The position numbers and the translations under genes were made by a program. The notes under the pieces are model-generated. The model did not search any database and was not told the DNA's origin. It saw only the letters and a program-made list of their open reading frames with translations. A DNA stretch of 64,000 bases from Bdellovibrionales bacterium (GTDB taxonomy: Bacteria; Bdellovibrionota; Bdellovibrionia; Bdellovibrionales; UBA1609), in NCBI GenBank assembly GCA_041690295.1, contig JAWLHR010000014.1, forward strand, positions 1 through 64,000, given 5' to 3'. Shown piece after piece: positions 57,446 to 64,000 of the stretch. Positions within the stretch are counted from its first letter, which is position 1. The number at the start of each line of letters is the position of its first letter.

Positions 57446-57461
57446 AGCAGGAAGCATGCCA
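57446..57461 (-). promoter_or_regulatory. Putative sigma-54 promoter
   Basis: TGGCAT-GCTTC-CTGCT (GG-N10-GC). Confidence 0.55.
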
Positions 57462-57556
57462 TGAAAAATGTCCAAGATTCGCTACTATTTGACTTTAGGC
57501 AGGTCAAAAGTACACCTATCTAGCATGGTCGAGTGCCAAACTGACTCTTACAAGGA

Positions 57557-58099
57557 ATGCCAATGAACGATAGAAAGTTAGCGCAAGCGATATTTAAAAT
57601 CGCCCACCTCGAAGGTGAATTCAAACTTCGTTCGGGAATGGTCTCGAACGAGTATTTTGATAAATACCGGTTCGAAGCCCAACCACGGATCCTGAAGGCC
57701 ATCGCGATGTCACTGCGAGGCTTAATCCCCTCCGACACCCAGGTCCTCGCCGGATTGGAAATGGGTGGCATCCCTATCGCCACGGCACTCGCACTTGAAT
57801 CCGGACTTCCCGTGGTCTTCGTGCGCAAGCGCGCTAAAGAATATGGAACTCAACGCGTGGCTGAAGGCATGGATTCTCTTCGGGGAATGAAGGTTTGCAT
57901 GGTGGAAGACGTGATCACCACCGGTGGACAAGTGATTCTCAGCGCCGAGGATCTGCGCGCCGAGGGCGCCATCATCAATCGCGTCCTATGTGTCATTTCC
58001 CGCCAACAAGGCGGTGAAGAAGCTCTGGCGAAAGCGGGCCTCGAAATGGTCCCGCTCTTCACACAAGAACAACTCAAGATCGCCGCTGGCGAAGCTTAA
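57557..58099 (+). CDS. pyrE: Orotate phosphoribosyltransferase
   Basis: FKLRSG, YFDKY, RK.AKEYGT, VEDVITTG. Confidence 0.95.
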   Translation: MPMNDRKLAQAIFKIAHLEGEFKLRSGMVSNEYFDKYRFEAQPRILKAIAMSLRGLIPSDTQVLAGLEMGGIPIATALALESGLPVVFVRKRAKEYGTQRVAEGMDSLRGMKVCMVEDVITTGGQVILSAEDLRAEGAIINRVLCVISRQQGGEEALAKAGLEMVPLFTQEQLKIAAGEA

Positions 58100-59151
58100 G
58101 GCTGCTCCGCGATCATTTCACGAATGGCTTCTTTGATTTCGCCGGGCTGAGGCACGGTGGCGTCTTCGAGATTCGGATGCAGACCGATGCCCGGTACGTT
58201 CCTGGCGGCGATCACACGCGGAGGCGCATCCAATTCGTAGAACAGTTCCTGAGTCGCGCGATAGGCCAGGTGCTCACCGAAGTTGGTGACTTCAGTGTCC
58301 TCATTCACGAAGAGCACTTTCCTGGTTTTTTGCACTGACTTTTTCACCGCTTGCCAGTCGTAGGGATAAATCGAGCGCAAGTCGATCACTTCGACCGAAT
58401 GACCCTCCTCACGCAACTCATCCGCCACTTGGTTGCAGATCAAGAGGTGGCGGCCATAGCTGACAACCGTGATCTGATCTCCCGCGCGGGTGGTCTTCGC
58501 TTTTCCGATCGGAATTTTATAAGGCTCCAATTTCGGCCAGCGCGGCTTCCAGGACTTCCGATCACCGATCGGCGCATCAATCATGTTCTTAAGTTCCCGC
58601 TGATCCTCGGGCTCACCGGGAATCAGTTCCTCTCCCCTCACCCGCATCAAGGCTTTGGGTTTTAAGAACAAGACGGGATTGGGATCTTCAACCGCGGACA
58701 ACATCAACCCGTAAGCATCCAGCGGCGTGGCCGGCATGACCACTTTCCAACCCGCGAGGCGCGAAGCCCAGGCGTCAAACGAATGAGAGTGATAAATCGA
58801 GCCGCGAATTCCGGCTCCCACCGGGGTCATCACCACCATCGGAAGATGGTAGTTGCCCGCGCTCACCCATGAGGTGTTTCCGGCGATCTTTAGAAGATCG
58901 ATGGTGTTGAAAATGTAATCGCAAAACTGGATCTCGGCCACGCAGCGTTCACCGGTCATGGCGATGCCGATGGCCATTCCGATAATTCCGCGTTCATCCA
59001 AAGGCGAGTTCCAGGCGGTTTTCAATCCTTGGGTGGCCGTAAACACGCCACCCAGTGGAGCACCGACGTCCTGGCCGAAAATATCTTTCACGCCGAGGTT
59101 TTCTTCCGAATAGTGAAGGGCCATGCGAATGGCCTGTGCCATGCTCGCCAT
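58096..59151 (-). CDS. 2-oxoacid (probably branched-chain) dehydrogenase E1 beta
   Basis: GGVF..T.GL, PLDERGI, EIQFCDY, HSHS, IDLRSI.P.D. Confidence 0.9.
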   Translation of the reverse strand: MASMAQAIRMALHYSEENLGVKDIFGQDVGAPLGGVFTATQGLKTAWNSPLDERGIIGMAIGIAMTGERCVAEIQFCDYIFNTIDLLKIAGNTSWVSAGNYHLPMVVMTPVGAGIRGSIYHSHSFDAWASRLAGWKVVMPATPLDAYGLMLSAVEDPNPVLFLKPKALMRVRGEELIPGEPEDQRELKNMIDAPIGDRKSWKPRWPKLEPYKIPIGKAKTTRAGDQITVVSYGRHLLICNQVADELREEGHSVEVIDLRSIYPYDWQAVKKSVQKTRKVLFVNEDTEVTNFGEHLAYRATQELFYELDAPPRVIAARNVPGIGLHPNLEDATVPQPGEIKEAIREMIAEQP

Positions 59152-60200
59152 TAGAACTTCCTCCAGTCACCATTTTCACCATTGGCGTAGAAATGATCCC
59201 AGATCGATTCCGGAGTCGGCGCGGGCTCGGAACGGACTTGTTCCTGGGCCTGGCGCCCCTCGTTTTCGTATTCTTCCCAAAGCTTTTTGGCATGAGCCGA
59301 CGTGATGACGTCATTTTCGAGCAGGAGCTTTTCGAACTCACGCACACAATCATATTCGGGAATCAAGTTCGCGCCCGTGGCTGACGAGTGCCCGTAAAGC
59401 CGGGACACTTTCGCTTCCAAAAGGACGGGCTTTCGGGTTTTGCGGATATAATTCATTTCCGATTCAAGGGCTTTGTACGTTTCGATGGGATCATTACCGT
59501 CAATCACCAGCGTTCTCATATTGAACGCTTTACCCCGATCCGCGATATGGGTTTCGCCGTGTTGGCTGGCGTAATCGGTCGAGATGCCCCAAAGGTTATT
59601 TTGAACCGTGATCAGCATGGGAAGTTCACGCCCTGGCCGAGACGCCCAAACCAATGCTGTGGCGAAATCACCTTCCGCCGTCCCAGCATCACCACCGGTA
59701 ACCACCGTCAATCCGCGGGTTTTATTCCGGCGTTGCACGTGAGCCGTCCCAATCGCGATCGCGTATTGCACTTCAATGGGAGACGACACGGGAGTGACAT
59801 TCCATTGGGGAAAACAATAGTGATTGGAAAAGTTTCGGCCGCCGGTGCTCGGGTCCGTCGCCCGATTCATCATCAAGCGAATGGAATCGATCATGGGCAT
59901 GCCCATGGCGATCAATGTCGGCGTCGCGCGATAATGTAAATGGAGGTAGTCATACTCAGGCCCCTGACCTTTATGCACAAGGAGACCGAGTGGAACGCCG
60001 AAGGCTTCTTCACCGGGGGCACCGATCCAGAAAAAGGCTTCGCCCGCTTTGTAAATTTTAATCAAGCGCTCTTCAAGAACCCGGCTTTTGACCATCAGTC
60101 CGTGCATGTGCCGAAGCAGGTCACGCGAGAGCGGCAGCGCTTTTTTGCTTTTCTTCTTATTGGACATTTTTGTTTTAACTGACAAATTCGTCGAAGCCAT
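59151..60200 (-). CDS. 2-oxoacid dehydrogenase E1 alpha
   Basis: GDAG..EGDF...NN TPP motif, DGND, RLYGHS. Confidence 0.9.
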   Translation of the reverse strand: MASTNLSVKTKMSNKKKSKKALPLSRDLLRHMHGLMVKSRVLEERLIKIYKAGEAFFWIGAPGEEAFGVPLGLLVHKGQGPEYDYLHLHYRATPTLIAMGMPMIDSIRLMMNRATDPSTGGRNFSNHYCFPQWNVTPVSSPIEVQYAIAIGTAHVQRRNKTRGLTVVTGGDAGTAEGDFATALVWASRPGRELPMLITVQNNLWGISTDYASQHGETHIADRGKAFNMRTLVIDGNDPIETYKALESEMNYIRKTRKPVLLEAKVSRLYGHSSATGANLIPEYDCVREFEKLLLENDVITSAHAKKLWEEYENEGRQAQEQVRSEPAPTPESIWDHFYANGENGDWRKF

Positions 60201-60246
60201 GAATTGAAAACCCCTCATTCAGCCATACTGACGAGGGGGGGCTTTG

Positions 60247-62358
60247 TCAATTCGCGGCACCGTTGGGCTCGGCTTTCGGAGCGTCCGTGGCCACGGGGCG
60301 GGCCGGTTTGGTTTTGGCACCAAGCTTAATCGTGGGTGATCTCAGTTCCATCACCAAATCCGCGGCCACATTCACGGCTTCCACCACGTCGGCGCGGGCC
60401 AAATATTTCTTCTTACGTTCCTCCCGCGAGAGCGTCAGGTTCTCATCGGCACCGGGCTCGCCGGCTTCACCATCCACCTTGCCGTTCTTTTTGGGGTCCT
60501 TTTCTTTCAAAAGATCGCCGACGACGATCCACTTACCCCGTTTTTTAGACTTCTCAAGATCCTCTTTGATCTTTTTGAAATCCGGCGAGGCGGCGATTCG
60601 TTGATGCGATTTCACGCGCAATTTTTTGATGATTTCCTTGGTCAGGGGAATCCATGCGTTTTTCCCCTCACTCACAAAGGCTGTGGGAGAAATGAACGGC
60701 TGAATCTTTTTGGGCGGAAGCGAATAATCCAGCGTTTTTTCGCCGATATCATCCACTGCGAAAGCCGACGGAAATACGATATCCGCATCCACACCGCGAT
60801 GCTGGGTGGACGCGCCGCCCGCAGTATAGAACATTCCCACCGTCGTTTTTATCGCTCCCAATCCCGGCGGTAAATACTCAACCGACTGAACACTGCCTTT
60901 TCCAAAAGTGTGGTCACCGCCGACGACCACCGCGCGACGGTAATCCTGCAATGTGCCTGAAACGATCTCCGACGCCGAAGCGCTCACCCTGCTGGTCAAA
61001 ATAACCAGCGGACCGGGCCAATCCACCGAAGGATCGGTATCACGAAGAGTTTCAAACGTCAGTGTGTCCAATTCCGGAGTGGATTTTTGACTTTGTCTCA
61101 CCACATTTCCCGTGGCGAAAAACAATCCGGCGATATCAACGGCATCACGCAAGCTTCCGCCGCCGTTATTGGAAAGATCCAGGACAATCGCGTCCACTTT
61201 GTTCTTAACCGCTTCGGCCAGAAGTTTTTTAGTGTCTCCCGCGGCCGATGGACCGTTCTTGCGGTTATCCGCGTAAAACGAGGGCAGATTCAACAAGCCG
61301 ATTTTCAGTTTCTGACCGTTCACCTCGCGGTCTAAATAGGTGATCGAAGCGGCCTCATCCTCAAGTTTGATCTTGTCGCGCACTAAGGTGAGATCGAAGC
61401 GTTCGGGTTCTTTCACGCCTTTGCGTAAGATGCGCAGGCGAACTTCCGAACCTTTCGGCCCACGAATCAGCTTCACAACATCGCGCAATTCCATCTCAAT
61501 GACGTTTTGGAAAGGTCCGTTCTTACCCTGGCCGACGGCGATGATCTTGTCTTTCGGTTTTAATTTGCCTGAAGCATCGGCGGCTCCACCGGGAATGAGC
61601 TGCTCGATCACGGTGAACCCATCCTGCGAGCTGAGGGTGGCGCCTATGCCTTCAAGCGAAAGCCGCATTTGAATCTCGAAATCCTCCAGCGCGTCGGCGG
61701 AAAGATAACTGGAATGCGGATCAAGCGCTCGCGCGTAAGAATCCAAGTAAGATGACAGGAGATCCTCATTCTTGAACTCCTGCACCCGCTTCAGCGCGCG
61801 TTCATAGTTGCGGATAATTTGCTGTTTCGCTTCGTCGACCTTCATGTCGGTGGCGAGATAAGTCGCCACTTGGTACTGCATGTAGCTTTCGTGAAAGCGG
61901 TTGGCCTCAGCCAAGGTTTTCGGACGGGGCCGCTCCTGAGGGTCCCTTTGGATTTTTACATTGGGATTGTACTTGAATTTAGGACCTAGGTATTTTTTGG
62001 CGTAGGCGACCCGCTCTTCCACGCGTTTAATGAACAACTTGTTGGCTTTATCGAGCGCCGTGCAGTCTTTATTGCGGACTTTGTCAAAGATGCCCGTCAT
62101 CAACTGTTCGATTTGCTTAACGTCCTTATCCAATAAATATAGTTTTGATCCATCCAATCGCTTGATGAACTGTTCGATCGTTCGGGACTCGAGGTTTTTC
62201 TGTAGTTTGGAATGATTGATGTGCTTTTCCAGGTATTTGGCTTGAACAGGATGCAGATGAACACAGCTGAGTTCCAGAGCTGAAGACCGTGTGAACTGCG
62301 CGTTGGACCACGGGGCGGTAAACAGCGCCAATCCTAAGATGATGATCATTTTTCGCAT
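60247..62358 (-). CDS. prc: Carboxy-terminal processing protease (S41, Prc/Tsp)
   Basis: DPHSSY, LEGIGA PDZ, DLSNNGGG, SASASEI, TFGKGSVQ. Confidence 0.94.
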   Translation of the reverse strand: MRKMIIILGLALFTAPWSNAQFTRSSALELSCVHLHPVQAKYLEKHINHSKLQKNLESRTIEQFIKRLDGSKLYLLDKDVKQIEQLMTGIFDKVRNKDCTALDKANKLFIKRVEERVAYAKKYLGPKFKYNPNVKIQRDPQERPRPKTLAEANRFHESYMQYQVATYLATDMKVDEAKQQIIRNYERALKRVQEFKNEDLLSSYLDSYARALDPHSSYLSADALEDFEIQMRLSLEGIGATLSSQDGFTVIEQLIPGGAADASGKLKPKDKIIAVGQGKNGPFQNVIEMELRDVVKLIRGPKGSEVRLRILRKGVKEPERFDLTLVRDKIKLEDEAASITYLDREVNGQKLKIGLLNLPSFYADNRKNGPSAAGDTKKLLAEAVKNKVDAIVLDLSNNGGGSLRDAVDIAGLFFATGNVVRQSQKSTPELDTLTFETLRDTDPSVDWPGPLVILTSRVSASASEIVSGTLQDYRRAVVVGGDHTFGKGSVQSVEYLPPGLGAIKTTVGMFYTAGGASTQHRGVDADIVFPSAFAVDDIGEKTLDYSLPPKKIQPFISPTAFVSEGKNAWIPLTKEIIKKLRVKSHQRIAASPDFKKIKEDLEKSKKRGKWIVVGDLLKEKDPKKNGKVDGEAGEPGADENLTLSREERKKKYLARADVVEAVNVAADLVMELRSPTIKLGAKTKPARPVATDAPKAEPNGAAN

Positions 62359-62471
62359 ATATTGTCCTTGCAAGGCGTCCAGCTCCCTTTTCGGTCAGAT
62401 TCAAATCCAACCTGACCGTATCATGAATTTTCTCAAAATTGGGCGCTTTTGCCTAGACCAAGATACCCGCG

Positions 62472-63386
62472 TTACTCGTCAAACAGGGTCAATTGGGCTT
62501 CAGGACGCAATAATTGATCCTCAACCCTGTCCGGGAAAACTTCCGTCTTGATGATTTGTTCGCCATGAGTCTGAATGACGAAAAATGACATGCCTGGATT
62601 TTCAGCCTTGAGTTCCCGCATTTCCTGAACAATCCACTCGATATTCACCGGATCGTCGTCGGACATGCCGAAACGGTGAAACGGATTCGCACCGTAAACG
62701 CGTTTGGCTTTTTCAACCGCGGCCCGCAAAGCTTTTCGCTTGAGATTGGGAACGGATTCATCTTCCGTGACGTTCAGACGGGCTTTGATTTCCGGATGAT
62801 TCACCGGAAAGAGCGCCAAATAATTCGGCTCGTGCGGCAAATGACCTTCATTAACCCAAAGCCGGATTCCCGCCTTCAAAGTGTCGGGGTGGTGCCCCCG
62901 CGCGGTGATCAGCGCCACCGGGCGGGAATTGAAAACCGCGTGATAAAAGCAATTCCACGACGGCCCTTTCCACTGCACATCCGGCATTCCCAACGCCGCC
63001 GCCAGATCTTGAATGAACACTTGCTTACGGCCCATGAGGCGTTCCAACCAGCCAATGTCCCGGTCCCGATAACAACGGAACGTGCCCGTTTCCGGATCGT
63101 GGCGGATCTCGTAATCCGCATACGGACCGCACTTTCCTATAAATTGACTGTGTTTGGTAAATTCACGGCCACTTAACTGGATTTCGGCGCCGGTTTCACG
63201 ATGAAAAAGGAATGTGGGCGTCGATAAAAAAGCGATGTTTTCGTCGAAGTCGAAAAAATAGAAACTGCGGCCGCCCCGGTGAAAATTGCGGTCCGGCTCA
63301 CGTTGCCGCTCGAGCGGCAGTTCCAGTTGTAGGATATTCGACGGTCGCTTCATCCCCCCATGAGCTAAAATCTCATGGGACTGCAT
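62472..63386 (-). CDS. HAD-superfamily-like hypothetical protein
   Basis: FFDFDENI (DxD), ITARGH, K, GMSDDD motifs I-IV. Confidence 0.7.
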   Translation of the reverse strand: MQSHEILAHGGMKRPSNILQLELPLERQREPDRNFHRGGRSFYFFDFDENIAFLSTPTFLFHRETGAEIQLSGREFTKHSQFIGKCGPYADYEIRHDPETGTFRCYRDRDIGWLERLMGRKQVFIQDLAAALGMPDVQWKGPSWNCFYHAVFNSRPVALITARGHHPDTLKAGIRLWVNEGHLPHEPNYLALFPVNHPEIKARLNVTEDESVPNLKRKALRAAVEKAKRVYGANPFHRFGMSDDDPVNIEWIVQEMRELKAENPGMSFFVIQTHGEQIIKTEVFPDRVEDQLLRPEAQLTLFDE

Positions 63387-63387
63387 G

Positions 63388-64000
63388 TCAAGGAGTGGCT
63401 GATTTTGCGGCCTTTTTCGTAACCGTTCGCGTGCCGGCCCGCTTACCGCCCTTTTTTTGTGTCGAAATCTTTTCTCGAATCAGAGGCAACACCGACTCCA
63501 GCGTCAATTCCTCGATTTTGGCGTCATCACCCAACGAGATATTTTTGCCCCCCACTTTGATGTAGGGGCCGTATTTTCCCGTGTGAACATGAACCGGTTC
63601 CTGCGTGTCCGGAAACACTCCGAGATCCTTCAATGGAGCGGATCTGCCACGCATCCGCTTCGGCTGCGCGAACAACTCCAGCGCCCGCTTTAAATCCACC
63701 GCGAAGATGTTCTCGTTTTTCGGAATCGAACGGTAATCGCCGTCATGAACCACGTAGGGGCCGAAGCGTCCCAATCCTTTTTTGATATCTTTGCCCGTCT
63801 CCGGATGTTTACCCAGGGTTTTGGGAAGCTCGAGAAGCATCAAAGCTTGTTCGAGCTTGATCTCTTCGGGATTCAAAGTCGCGGGAATCGCCATCCGTTT
63901 CAATTGGTCGGAGTCATTATCGCCCAACTGCACATAGGGGCCATAGCGGCCGGATAAGACATAAACCGGCAAACCGGTTTTCGGGTCCTTGCCAAGCGCA
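63388..64000 (-). CDS. topA: DNA topoisomerase I, C-terminal part (truncated by window)
   Basis: Three G(R/K)(Y/F)GPY topoisomerase C-terminal repeats; basic tail. Confidence 0.88.
   Translation of the reverse strand, partial: ALGKDPKTGLPVYVLSGRYGPYVQLGDNDSDQLKRMAIPATLNPEEIKLEQALMLLELPKTLGKHPETGKDIKKGLGRFGPYVVHDGDYRSIPKNENIFAVDLKRALELFAQPKRMRGRSAPLKDLGVFPDTQEPVHVHTGKYGPYIKVGGKNISLGDDAKIEELTLESVLPLIREKISTQKKGGKRAGTRTVTKKAAKSATP

Overview
Gene-dense bacterial chromosomal window with about 72 CDS and one tRNA-Arg(CCG). I found no rRNA, CRISPR array, integrase or prophage. The gene content suggests a predatory Bdellovibrionota-like organism (inference): secreted S1A trypsin, S1/P1 nuclease, MltA, an AglRQS-like TolQ/ExbD/ExbD set, LA_2272 repeat, PilZ, Bor lipoproteins, a standalone Y1 transposase and a spirochete/delta-type EF-G. 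Recognisable genes include argG, argH, ilvE, ndh, arfB, ampG, ppa, ahpC-ahpD/oxyR, dsbD, pyrC, ku-ligD, selD-mnmH, aat, recQ, fusA, dcd, cutA, pyrE, E1 alpha/beta, prc and the end of topA. Most notable observations: (1) about 11 genes have a -35/-10 promoter ending 6-8 nt before the start codon, mostly with no Shine-Dalgarno, pointing to widespread leaderless mRNAs. (2) A YHYH-domain/DNase I-fold protein behind a near-consensus sigma-28 promoter has lost both catalytic histidines. (3) A tightly coupled NHEJ operon includes an unannotated 57-aa SFPASD peptide and a 79-aa Cys-rich protein. (4) An unannotated 28-aa membrane peptide follows a sigma-54-type promoter. (5) A solo HUH/Y1 transposase is flanked by palindromes and degenerate repeats. 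(6) ArgG looks methanogen-like. All family calls come from motif recognition by eye; no searches were run.
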